Origin: Cyanophora paradoxa CCMP329
Lineage: Eukaryota > Plantae > Glaucophyta
Direction: 5' to 3'
Assembly: GCA_004431415.1 (NCBI GenBank)
Contig: QPMI01000207.1
Location: 1-64,000, forward strand
DNA length: 64,000 nucleotides
Under the pieces are notes generated by a model. It was not told the DNA's origin. It saw nothing but the letters and a program-made list of their open reading frames with translations, and made no database searches. The position numbers and the translations under genes are program-made. Shown in pieces: positions 23,651 through 35,695 of the stretch; the first letter of the stretch is position 1; the number at the start of each line of letters is the position of its first letter.

Positions 23651-26600
23651 ATGGCGGACGCGGAGAAGGCCGCGACGCAGGCAGAAGCGGAGGCTGTCGA
23701 TGACTCGCACATCCGAGTGGTCTTTGACAAGGACAGCTTCGCCGCCGGCGAGAGCGTCAGTGGCCAAATCTATGTTAGCCTGACCTGCAAAAAGTCGATC
23801 CAGGAGATCCGGGTACTTCCAGTGGCCATCTACGTAAGCTCTCAGCCTGTGAAGTTTAGCTACAGCTTTTATAAAGACGACCTGCGCAGCTATTCGACCC
23901 GCCCAAGGGCACCAAGCGCCTGCCTGGCTTCACAGGTCTGCCACGTAGCATGCCGGCCCGCCGGGCCGACCGCTCCTGACGCCTCATGCACCTGTCACGG
24001 AGCAGACAAGAGCCCGGAGACTGGCGTGGCGGCTGCCCCTCTCGGAGACTGTGAGCAAGCGGCCGCGCTCGAAACCTTCCGTTGGGGGCCGCTGAGCGCC
24101 CCGCCCGCAGGCATCTCGCTCGGCAAGGATGAGATCAAATGGTGGGCGATGCGCGGGATGCGCGCGTAGGGGCGGGGGGGCGGGCGGCTGACGGAGTGGC
24201 AGGAACTACCACCACGAGCACTACGTGCGGACGATGGCGGGGGCGCCCGTGGGGCCCCTGGAGGCCGTGCACGAGGAGCGCATCGAGTACGACTTCCCCT
24301 TCAGCTTCACGCTTCCCGCCAAGCTGCACCCCACCTTCACCCGCTTCGGCGGCTTCACCGCCAAGTGCCGCCCCTCGCCCGCCCCGCCCCGCCCCGCCCC
24401 GCCGCGCCCCGGGGCGAGGCCCGAGCGGTGGGCAGGTACGCGGCGGTGGTGTCGGTGGACCGGATGAAGCCCGGGGCGGAGCCGGGCGCCCCCGCCCTCG
24501 CCACCGTCACCGCGCCCCACTACTTCGCCGTCCACGTCCCGGTACCCCCGCCCCCCGCCTCGCCTCTGCCGGGGGCCGACGGCGGGCAGGACTCGGCGGC
24601 GGAGAAGGTGGAGCCGCCGAAGGCCGGGGGCGCGAACGTGACGAAGGCCTTCGGCGCCATGTCCATGAACCTCGCGTTCGCCCGCCCAGCCCCGGCCCGC
24701 CCGCCCCGGCGCTGAGGCCGCCGCAGCGCGCGGCTCTCGACGCCGACGCCCGATCCCGGGGCGACCTGCGTCCTCTACATCGACCTCGCCAACTGGTCCC
24801 GCCGCAAGGTCCCCGGGGCCCCGGCGCCCCGCCGGCCCCGCCCCGCCCCGCCGTGTTTGAGGCGCGGCGCGGCGCAGGTGACGGACTTCGTGCTGCGCGT
24901 GAAGGAGATCGCCAAGGTGGAGGCGATGGGGTACAAGTTCGGGCGGGAGCGGGCGGTGCTGGAGCGCAAGTTCGCGGCGGCGTTCGAGGGGCAGGTCGGG
25001 GGCAACGCGTACGCGAAGAAGAGCCTGGCGCTGGACGTGCGCGTGCCCCCGCAGGCCCGCCCCTTCGCCTCCTCCTTCCTCGAGCTCAAGTGGGTCATCG
25101 AGGCGCGCCCCCCCCGCCCCGCCCGCCCCGCCCCGCGGCGGGGGCGTGAGGGCGGGGGGCGGGGCAGGTGGCGGCGCTGCTCGACGGGACGGACGAGAGC
25201 GTCGAGCTGCAGCTGCCCCTCGTCACCGTCCGCCCCGCCCCCGCCGGCCCCGCCCCGCCCCGCCCCTCACCCGCGGGGCGCAGAGCGCGGTCTTCGTGAA
25301 CCTGCCGCGGGCGCCGGGGGCCGTCCCCAGCAACCCGCCCTCATCGCCGCCCTCCTCAAGCGCGCCCTCGCCGAGCAGGTCCCTCCCGCCCCGCCCCCCA
25401 CCCGCCCCCCGCCTCTGCAGCCGACGCGGCCGGCGAGTGCGGTAGACGCTGCTCAAGGCCTTCACGCCGCCGGCGGCGGCGCCGAAGCCGGCCCCGGCGG
25501 CGGCGGCGGCCAACGCATTCAAGTCGGCCCTGCTCTCCAAGCTCAAGCGCGCCGCCGCCGCCGGGCGGCCGCCGGGGCGCAGGGCGGCCCCGGGGCGGGG
25601 GCGGGGGCGGGGGCGGGGGCGAGCAAGGCGGTGAAGAGCCGGAGCTCCTCGGGGAGCGCGCCGGCGTCGCAGGCCTCCCTCGCCCCGGCCCCCGAGGAGG
25701 AGGCGGCGGCGGCGCAGGCCAAGCCCAAGGGTGGCATCCGCTTCAGCGAGGGGACGGCGGGGGGCGACGGGGAGGCGGGGGGGGCGGGGAGGGAGGGCGG
25801 GCTGGCGGGGATGGGCCACTCGGTCAAGGCCGGCCGCTTTCTCAACCTCGACCTCGCCGCCATCGGCGCCGCCGCCGGCGCCGGTCCCGCCCGCTCGGAG
25901 GAGGAGAAGGAGGAGGAGGCCGGGGAGGCGCCCAAGACGGGCCGCGCCAAGAAGAGCGCCCGCTTCGCCGCGGCCGGCGGCGAGGAGCGCAACCGCTCCT
26001 TCCTGAAGCCCGGGGGCGGCACCTCGCGGCGCTCCGACGGCTCCGCGACGGACCGCTCGCAGTTCAGCATCCGCGTCAACCAGGTGCGTGCCTGTCTGTG
26101 CCTGTCTCCCGCGCGGCCCGCAGGCCCGCCCGCCGCGCGGGGCACGGAGGCTGACGCGGCCGCAGAGCAAGTCGGAGGAGCACCTGGCGAAGGGGACGGG
26201 CAAGGCCCCCGCGCAGGCCCCCGCCAGCAAGTTCCAGAAGGTCAGTTCTGCGGCCCCGGGGCGCGGCGCGGGCCGCCCGCGAGCGTCGGGTGCATGTAGA
26301 TGGCGGGCCTGCTGCGGATGGCGGCGAAGATCGAGCACGACAAGAAGGCCGAGGCGGCGGCGGCCGGCGGGGACGGGGCCGAGAAGCCGCCGGAGAAGAG
26401 CAAGTCCATCCGCGGCGTCCTGGCGGCGCTGATCCAGCGCAAGGCGCGGCGGGACGAGGAGGGCGAGGAGGGGGGGTACCGGAGCGTGAAGAGCACGCGG
26501 AGCTCGCGCAGCGTCAAGAGCGCTAAGAGCGTCAAGGCCTCGAAGAGCAGCAAGAGCGTCAAGCTCGCGAGGCCGGCCGCCGGCGAGGCCGAGGGCGAGG

Positions 26601-28395
26601 AGGAGGAGGAGGCGGGGTCGCCGGGCCCGGGCTCCCTGTCGGCCTCCCCGAGCGCGAAGGGGTCGCCCCTGAAGGGCGCCCCGGGGGCCGACTTCCCCGA
26701 GCCGCCTCCGCCCCACGCCCCCGGCGCGCCCCCGCACCGCCCCGAGAGCGCCAGCGCCGCCAGCGCGGCAAGTGGCCGCCCCGCCAGCGCCGCCAGCGCC
26801 CGGCCCGGGAGTGCGGCGAGCGCCCGCCCTCCGAGCGCAGCTAGCGCCCGGCCCGGCAGCGCGGCAAGCGTGCGGCCCGCCAGCGCGGCGAGCGCGCCGC
26901 CGCCGCCGCCGCAGCCGCAGCCGCAGCCGGAGGCGCAGGCTGCGGGGGAGCGGCCCAAGGGGTGGCTCCTGAAAGCGTTCAGCGCGGCGGCGAAGGCACT
27001 GGAGGCGGCGGAGGCGGGTGCGGGGAGGCGGGGAGGGCGGGGCGAGGAGGAGGACCTGGAGGCCGGGGTGGTGCAGGACGACGACGACGGCGCCTTCGAG
27101 CGCGCCGTCGCCCGCGCCGAGGGCACCCGCCCCGCCCCCCCTCCCCGTCAAGCCCCGCCCCGCCCCACCGCCCCACCCCGGACCCGGCCCCGGCCCCGGC
27201 CCCGGCCCGGGCCCTCCCAGCCTCCCCGGGGACGCGCCCTCGGCGGCCGCTCATCGAAGAAGACGAGGAGGAGGAGGAGGCGGCGGCGGTGGTGGCGGCG
27301 GCGGAGGAGGAGGAGGCGCCGGGGCCGTGGGAGGCACCCGAGGCGCCCCTGGAGGGCGCGGGGGCGGCGTTCGGGGAGGAGGGGGCGGCGGGGGCCGGGC
27401 TCTTCGGGAGCCCCGGGGTGGGCGAGCGGCGGCGGCCAGCCTCGGCGATGGCGCGCTCGGCCAGCGTGCCCTCGTCCCCGAGCCCGAGGCCCGCCGCCGG
27501 CCCAGAGCGCCCTCGAGCGCCACCCAGCCGCCCCGCCAGCCCCGCCCGCCCAGCCGCCCCGGCAGCCCGCTGCGGCCCAGCCGCCCGGGAGCCCGAGCGG
27601 GGCGCGCCCGGGCTCGCCGCCCCGCCGCTGCCGCGGATGCGGGACTGCTGCGAGCGGAAGCCGTCGGTGCCGCGCCAGGCCCTCTCCCCGGAGCGGGAGG
27701 CGCGGCGGTACCGCCTCGGGGCGGAGGCGTGGCCGGACTACGAGGAGGAGCTGCGGGCGATCGCGGGGCAGGAGTGGGCGCCGGAGCCGCGCGAGGGGGC
27801 GCGGGGGCGGCGCGCCCTCGTCTCCGCGCAGGCGCTCGCCGCCGTGCTCGGGATGCAGCTCGCCGAGGTCGAGGCCGTCCTCCTCGGGCCCCGCCCCGCC
27901 GAGCGGCCCCCGCCCCACCCCGCCCACCGCTTCGGCGCCTACGGGCCCCGCTGGCACGTGTGGGAGGTGAGCGCGCGGGAGCAGGAGGCGGGGGCGGCGC
28001 GCCGCTACCAGGTCCGTAACTTCGATGAGGTGCGCGGCGTCTACGCCGCCGCCTCCTCCCGAGCCCGCCGCCGCCTCCTCACCGCCCCCGCCGCCTACCC
28101 CGCCATGGGCCACTCCCCCTCGGGCCTCTCCCTCGCTGCCTCCGCCTCGGCGGCCTCGCTGCTCGAGCCGACGCGGGGGCACGCGCGCGCGAGCCTCTCG
28201 CGGCCGGGGACGGCCGGCAAGGCGCGCGGGGGCGAGGCGCAGCTCTACGGGGTGGGCCAGCCGCACGCGCACCACGCCTCGGCGGCGCAGCTGCGGCCGG
28301 CGAGCGCGGGGGCGCGGCCCCCGGCGCCCCTCGCCGCCTCGCGCAGCGCCAGCACGCCCGTACTCATCGGCGGCTGGGGCCGCCACCTCCCCTGA
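23651..28395 (+). CDS. Arrestin-domain protein with long low-complexity C-terminus
   Basis: IRVVFDKDSFAAGESVSGQIYV, YDFPFSFTLPAKLHPTF, YIDLANWSRRKV, LDVRVPP..PFASSFLELKW; micro-exons at 23890-23935 and 24006-24023. Confidence 0.7.
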
Positions 28396-30498
28396 TCATA
28401 ATCCCACCCCCGGCGCCCTTCGCGAGCCCCCGCCGCTGCCTTGGCGGTCTGCATATTACTTTCCCATCTCTTCTCTCTCCCTCTCTCTCTCTTTGAATAA
28501 AAGGGCCACTGACTTGCCGTGCGCGTCAGTTGGGTCCGGGGAAGGGAATTTTAACTCGGCGAATCCAAAGATCTAGATCTAGATCGATATCTAGACTCTG
28601 AGCTCGAGAGAGCAGGCCTAGCGCATAGCCTAGTAGCTATAGGAGCTTCCGAATCGAAGTTCAAGGCTTGATCATGAGGAAGAAACTTGAAATGCAGAAC
28701 TCAAGCTTAAGCTTCAGAAGGCGGTGGCCGGGCGAGCCGGCTCCGATCCGCGGCCGAGGCTGGCCATCATGGCATGCATATGCCAGGCTAGCGCACGAGC
28801 TAGCGCTCGAGGCTCAGCGGCTAGGCCAGAGGTAGGGTGCGGGCCCCGGGGGCGGGGGATGGCTCGCAAATCGAACCGGTACCTTGTGTGCTCCTGCGCA
28901 TGCGCTTGCCCCGCCACCGTCGCGCGCGTGAGGCGCGACGGCGCCGGCCGCGGGCCCGGGTGCAGGGGTGCGCGTGTGCGCGTGTGTGCGGCGCGCGGGG
29001 AGGCGCGCGGCTTGGCTAGAGGCTGGCCTCCGCGATCTAGATCTGCATGCGCGCGCGGGCAAACCTGGGCGCGAACGCAGGGACGCTGCTCGATCGCGCG
29101 AGCTCATGATCACGCTCCGCTCATGATCAGAAAGCGGTCGCGCGGGGCCTGTTGCAATTGGCACGAACGGCCGTGGGCGCAAGCTAGCGCGCATGCGACC
29201 GGCTGGTGGCCGGCTTGCGCATATGCATGTCGGGGTGCGCGCGCGCGGTTGGAGCGGCTGGGGCGTGCGCGTGATCTGGAGAGGCGTGATCGTGTCGAGC
29301 CGAGATCGACGACTCGGCGAGCTGATCGATGAAGCTTAAGAGAAGCGATGGCGCGCGGCGGGTACGCCATGGCCAGACGGTCATACCAGGTACGTTTAAG
29401 GGTACGCCAAAAGACTTTTGCAGGGTCTTTCGCACTCTCCAATGTGATTGGCTAGCACACGCGGCGTCCTCCTGCGCTACCGCGAGCGCGCCCGGCCTCG
29501 CGCTTGCAGTAAGAAATGTCGGGCATGATGCGCGCAACGACCTCGAACTGGTTTGGCGCGTATATCTGCTCCCTGTGCGTCGCTGGACCCGTTTTTGTCC
29601 CGGGTGTTTGTGCCTGCTCCTGGATCACCCTTTGGTCGGACGGGACCGGGAGACACGGTTTCGGGGTCCCCTTGGGATGGGCTTTCAGGATATACCGCGC
29701 GGCCCGGGTTTTGAGGAGGCCGGGGAAACAGGATTTGGGGTAGGGTTGGGCCCGAGGGACAGGGACAGGGGAAGTGTTTTTCCCTTCCCCAACTAGGTTC
29801 ACTAGGTAAAGTAGCTTTATGTGTGCATGCATTGGAACTCACTTAGATTCAAACCGCGGCCTTCCGAAGTTCCGGAGATTTGAAAGTGATCATGATCATG
29901 ACTCATGACCAGTTGACTAAGTGATGTGCCGCCGGGCCGCGTCATATCGATCATGATGCGCAAATGCATCGCCAAGTTGACGGCCTTCAGGCTTGGACCG
30001 TCGGACCTCGCCGTCCCACGGTCCTTTCAGGCTTACTGCGGCCGTAGTACGCCGCGGCGCCTTCAAGGCTTGAAAGGCTTTCTAGTTCGAGACCGTGAGA
30101 CCCGGTGACCGTCGGACCGCAGAAGAGTCTCCGAGGCTTCAAGGCTTGGAGCCTCCCCAAGTCGGACGGTTCGCACAGACTCCGGAGGCCGGACTCCTGG
30201 CCCCGGGCCCTCAGAGCCTGGAATTTTAAGTTGGCCTCGGGCCCTCAGGGCGTGGAATCAATAGGAGCCCGCGGGATCAATCAGTGGGCGATGGCGGGAT
30301 TACAAGTTACTTATAATTGCAACCGACTCGACCTGTTCAATTACTGAGAAATCATCGCCCGTACCAGGGTACCAAGCTAGCTGCACTCGCAGAAACTCAA
30401 ATTAAACTCGCAACATATCACAATAAGGCGTCAGTGGACTCGGGAAGCAAATGCAAGCGAAAGAAGGCGGCGAGGGGCCGTGGAGGGGTGCGCGGCCC

Positions 30499-32648
30499 CT
30501 AGCGGGCGGCGGGCCGAACGTCGACGAACTGGATTAGGCCGTACGTGCCTGTGAATCGTGGATTAGGAGAAGCTGCTGAAGCAAAAGCTTCTGTATTGAA
30601 ATCACCGTCGGTGAGCCACTTGTCGCCGGCGGCGGCCTTGGCGGCGGCGATGCGGTCGCGGGCGGCGGGGCCGGCGCAGATGGTCCCGCTCTTGTTGGTG
30701 CGGAGGGCGGCGAGGGGCGCCGGGGCGTACGGGGCGACGACGGCCTGGAGCGGGGTCTCGTGGGGCCAGTGCCGGTCGCCCCCGAGGCGCCGGTAGTTCG
30801 CGTCCCCCTTGACCAGCACCAGGGCCGCGCGCCCCAGCTCCCCCCGCACCCCCTCCGGCATCTCCCACATCTGGCCCCCGCTCGGCGACGGGGAAAGGAG
30901 CGGGGGGGGGGACGGGGGGCCCGCACGGGGAGCGGGGAGCACCAGAAGCGGTCCTCCCGCAGTACGAGGCCCCCGCTGCGCCCGCCGCGTCACCGCCCCG
31001 CCCCGGGGGGGGGGGGGGGGGGAGGGGGGGCGCGCCCGTCGATCTCGGAGGCCTCGCGGATGCGGGCGGCGAGGGCGCGCACCGACGGCTCCTCGTCCGA
31101 CGCCAGCCGGTCCAGCGTCCCCCTGCGCCCCCGCACCGCCCCGCCCCGCCTCGCGCCCCGGCGCCGGCGCGGGCGCGGGGCCGGGGCCGGGGAGGGCGGA
31201 CACGACGTCGCTGAGAGGGCGTCCGAGACGAAGAGCGGGCTCGCCTGCCCCGCCCCTCAGCGGTGGCGACGCGCAAGCGGGGCGGGGGCGGGCCTTGGTG
31301 TGAAAGACGACGGAGGCGGCGATGCCCGAGGCGAGCAGGTACGCCGCCAGCAGCATGTCCGTCGCCAGCTGCGCCCCCGCCTCCGCAGGCCGCCGCGCGG
31401 GGCGGGGGGGGGGGGGGGGGGGGGGGGGGGGGAGGGGGCGGGCCTCGAAGCCAGCGTTGTCGATGACGAAGTCGATGCGGGCGCCACGCAGGCCGCGCAC
31501 GTGCTCCCACACCTGCCGCCCCCGGCCCCTGAGCCCGCGCGGGGCGGCGCGGGGCGGCGCGGGGCGGCGCGGGGCGGGGCGGGCCTGGGGCGAGTCGTCG
31601 ACGATCATGAGGTCGGGGCGGGCCTCGACGAGGGCCCCCGCGCACCCGCGCTGCCCGCCCTCGGGGCGCACGCTGAGGTCCACGCGGTTGCCCCACAGCG
31701 CCGTCTCGAGCAGGGCGAGGAAGGCGGCCTGCTGGGGCCCGCCCCCGGCCTCCGCCTGCTGCATGAGCTCCACGGTGGCCCGCGCCGCCTGCCGGATCGC
31801 CGGCAGGTCCGCGAGCAGCGCCTGCCGCTTGTGCGGCTCGAAGGGGTCGCGCCCCTGCAGCGGCGCCCCCTTGCGGTAGTAGCCCGTGGCCTCGAGGATG
31901 CGCCGGTACATGTACGTCTCGGCGAAGAACCAGGGCACCTCGCTCCAGGGGCGGCCCTCGTGCGGCTCCACCCACTCCCGCCACTCTTCCAGGTCCGGCC
32001 CCCCGTCCGCCCGGACGAAGCGCACGCCCTCGCCCGCCGTCCCCAGGATCTCCGCCTCGATCTGGCGGATGTGGCTCACCTGCCACCCCGCGCCCCGCCC
32101 CCGCGTCGGCCGCCCCGCCCCCGGCGCGGTGCGGCGCCGGAAAGCACCACTTCCGCGCTGTACTGCGGGTTCTCCTTCAGGAGCCGCTCCAGGATGGCCG
32201 GCAGCCGCACGAAGACGCTCTCCTGCGTGAAGCCGCCGTCCCGCGCGCGGAGCGGCTCCGGCAGGGGCCCCGGCGCGAGCGACGCGGCGGACATCGTGAC
32301 CCTGAGCAGCGCGGAGGCCCGAGTCGGCGGCGATCGGACGAATCGTAGCTATGTGTTGGGCTGGATCGGAGATATAGAATGCGCCTGAGTAGCCACAGCG
32401 CACCGGAAGGAGCTTGGTCGAAGCTGCGCGGCCGGAGAAGTAACCCACCGACGGGAACCCGCGAGGAAGAGCCTCGATCGCTCGCTGACTTCCAAGCTGC
32501 GTGCCCGCAGCGGTCTTGTCGACGAGGTTGCGGTTCGGGGGGCGCGGGTGGGCGCTTCGGATGTTGCGAGGGACTGAGCGGTGCGCTTGATAGGGCTGAC
32601 TAGCGTGCCAACAAAAGCAGTCTGATTAACCTGAACCTGGCCGCTCAT
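30499..32648 (-). CDS. ARMT1: ARMT1/DUF89 damage-control metal-dependent phosphatase, putative transit peptide
   Basis: WFFAETYMYRRI, DPFEPHK, LWGNRVDLS, IDNAGFELATD, FVSD, KGDANYRRL, ALRTNKS, YGLIQF. Confidence 0.88.
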
Positions 32649-32820
32649 CCCCCGCTGCTCGAGGTTTAGCGCCGATCGCACAGCTGCGGCGAATCGAAGG
32701 CGTACCCCTCTCCTTCAGCTCTCAGCTCAGCTCTGAGCTCTACCGGTAGCTTTGAGGGGCTCTGAGCCTCTTGCGGCCACTCGGCCTGCTGTTTATGAGC
32801 TGCTTGAGCGCTTATTAATT

Positions 32821-33821
32821 ATGTCAACAAGCACGAAGGGCGACTGGATCTGGTCCGCTGTTCGCCGTGCACTCTAGCTGTTGCTCCTGGCTGATGAGAG
32901 CCGCCGCTTGTAGGAAGGTCTTTGGTAGAAGTGACTGGCGTTACGGTTTGCTGGCTGCCCCTCCCACGTGCTGCTTCCCACTCGATCTACATCACGATTT
33001 CGATTATAGGTCGATACTGCGGCGCATGCTGGGGGGACGATAGCGGTACTGTGCGTCCGATCGATGACTTTGACAGGGCCTGCCAGGTTCGTGCTCAGCA
33101 TCGCCAGGAGTACGCACGCGCTGCCGACCCCCGGCCGGCGCGGCGCTTGCAGAAACACGACGCGTGCTATGAGGGCGCGACGAAGGCGTGGTGGCCTTCC
33201 CTCGCGCGGCGAGGGTGCGCGCGCGTAGCAGCTCCGCTCGTGAAGCAAGTGGCGCGCCGATGCCGCCCGCAGGTGCGACGCGAAGCTGCTGCTGGAGCTG
33301 ATGAGGCACGGGGGCCCTATCGCGACTCCGAAGAAGCTGCTCGCCTCGCAGCACTACCGCCCCCGCACCGTCGAGGATATGCAGAAGAACCCCCTCTACG
33401 CGCATTGCGTCCAGGCCGGTGCCGAGCCGCCTCCCCCATCCCGCCCCGCCCCGGCCTCCTCGCCGCCTTCCCCTGAGCGGCGGGACCCGCGCGGCGCGCA
33501 GGCACGGTGCCTCCGCCGAAGGTGCACGACGACGGGAGGCCCGCCGGGGCCCCCGCGCGCGTCTCCTACGCGGCGCGGATGCCGCTGGGGCGGGCGGGGG
33601 GCGAGGCGGGGACCTCGCGGGGGTACGGGGCGACGGCGTACAGGGCGGGGGACGCGGAGGCAGGGGACCAGGAGGAGGAGCCCGGGGGCGAGGAGGAGGC
33701 GGGGGCGGGGGAGCTCGGGGAGGCGGCCCCCCCCCATGCGGACGGCGAGGCGGGCGGCCCCGGCGACCTCCCGCCCCTCGCCGAGCCGCCCGACCCCCAC
33801 GCACCGCTCCCGCTCCTCTAG
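32821..33821 (+). CDS. Small phospholipase A2 (sPLA2-type His-Asp) protein
   Basis: Spliced: YGRYCGACWG..PIDDFDRACQ|KHDACY..CDAKLL. Confidence 0.78.
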
Positions 33822-34094
33822 CCCTCCCCCCGCGTTCCAGCCGCTCCCTCCGCGCCTCTCCAGATTTAATTATGGTTTCGGTTATTTAATTATGAGCATT
33901 AATATAAACGATCTGAGCCTTAGCCAAGACCAGTTGATGCCGTGCATGCGCACGCGCCCCGCCCCATGCCGGCCCTCGGGGCCTGCAGCACCCGCCCACT
34001 TTGCCCAGGCGCAGGCTACCGGCGCTGCTCTCCGTCTTCGCGTTCGTACGCGTACAGGGCGCGCTGCGAGCCCGGGATTCCGCCCGCGCTGAGG

Positions 34095-35635
34095 CTACCG
34101 GCCGCCCTTGCCCCGCATCTTCTGCCGCTTGCTCTTCCCGGGCCGGTTCGTGTTGCCCTTCTTCTTGCCGCCGCCCTGCTTCATGCCCTGCGATGCCTTC
34201 TTCTGCGCGCCAGCCAAGTGAGGTCGAGGCGGGGGCAACGCCGGGCGGCCGCTGCCGGGGCGGCGCACCGACATGAAGGCGTCGCCGCGGGCGTTGTTCT
34301 TCTTCAGCTTGAAGCCGCGCGTGTCCCCCGCCGACTCCCCCGTGTTCGCCTTCGCGTGCTTCTTCTTGCCCCCGAACCCGTACTTCTCGTCCTGTACCCC
34401 CGCCCCGCCCGTCGGCGCACGCCCACGGGGCCCCCCGCCCCTCTCGCCGCCCACCTTCTTCCTCCGTTTCGCGTTGGGCGCCCCCCGGCCCTCCTTGCCG
34501 CCCTTGCTGCCCTGCGAGCCGCTGCCGCCCCGCTGAGCAGCGGCGCGGCGAGGCGGGGGGCGGGGGGCGGCGCACGCCGAGTCGCGGGGCCGCTTCCTGC
34601 CCCTCTCCTGGTCCGAGCCGCCCTCGTGGTCCAGCGAGATGCCGAACTCGGGATCCGCCTTGTCGCCCCCCACCTCTGCCGGCGCGCATCGGGCGGTGCG
34701 CGGGGCGGTGCGCGGGGCGGGGCGGGGCGGGGGCGGACGCTTGCGCCACTTGGCGATGTCGGAGATGTTCTTCTTCTTCTGCTGCGCCTTCTCCTGCTCG
34801 CGCTTGACCTGCACCTGCTTGCCGAACTTGGCGAGCTCCCGCTGCCGCCGCCGCTCCGCAGCGCCCTCGATCCGCTTCTTCTCCTCCAGCAGCCTGTTTT
34901 TGATCTGCCGCCCCCGTCGGCGCCGCGCGGGGCGCGTGGGGGGCCGGGGGGCCGCCCTCCCCGGGGCACCTTGAGCATGTGCGTGTCGGACTTGACCATC
35001 TCCGCGAAGTAGTCCGCCGGGCGCCTAAACGGCACCTGTGCATCGTCCAGGATCTTCTGCGCCGCCTTCACGCCCGCCAGCGCCGCCTCGTAGCTTCCCC
35101 GCTCATCAGCGCTGCGCCCAGACCGACGGGGCGGGGGCCACACGCACAAGGCAACCTCGCGCCCCAGATCGTCCTCGGGATTCTCGACGGTCACGGGCCG
35201 CTCGGGCGTGATCGCCAGCGTCTCAATCCAGGCGTCGTCGGGCAGCTTGATGTCCTCGAGCTTCTGCAGTAGCGCAGCCTGCGCGATCGGAGCGGCTTCA
35301 GAATCGGCGCACGGCACCACGCATGCTTCGCACGCAGGAACCGCCGCGTACGCGAGGCGGCATGGGATCGCGATCGGGATGCGGGCGAGGCACACCGTGT
35401 TGTTGACGTGGGGCCGCGATCCCTTGTTCCTGAGGCCCTCTAGCGCTAACCTCTCGAGCTCCGCCTCCTCCTCGTCCTCCTCGTCCTCGTCCTCGCCGAG
35501 CACCGCCGACCGCTTGACTGGCTGCGGCTTGAAGGAGTCCTCCAGATCTGAGAGATCGTCATCCTCCTCCTCATCATCCTCCTCGTCGCGCGCTCTCCGC
35601 TTGCTGTGCTGGCCGGCCTTCTTCGCCTTCGGCAT
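34095..35635 (-). CDS. EBP2: rRNA-processing protein EBP2
   Basis: DDLGREVAFY, VPFRRPADYFAEMVKSDTHM, KFGKQVQ, KYGFGGKK, RPGKSKR. Confidence 0.93.
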
Positions 35636-35695
35636 TTTTTTGCGGGTCAGTTTGCAACTCGGCGAGGTCGCCAGCGAGAGGCCGAAGCGGGCGCG

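Noticed and set aside
23813-24110. Apparent long intron with a hairpin resembling another snoRNA
   Set aside because: No correctly placed H/ACA box; the interval resolves into in-phase micro-exons (LFDPPKGTKRLPGFT, DKSPET) of the arrestin gene.
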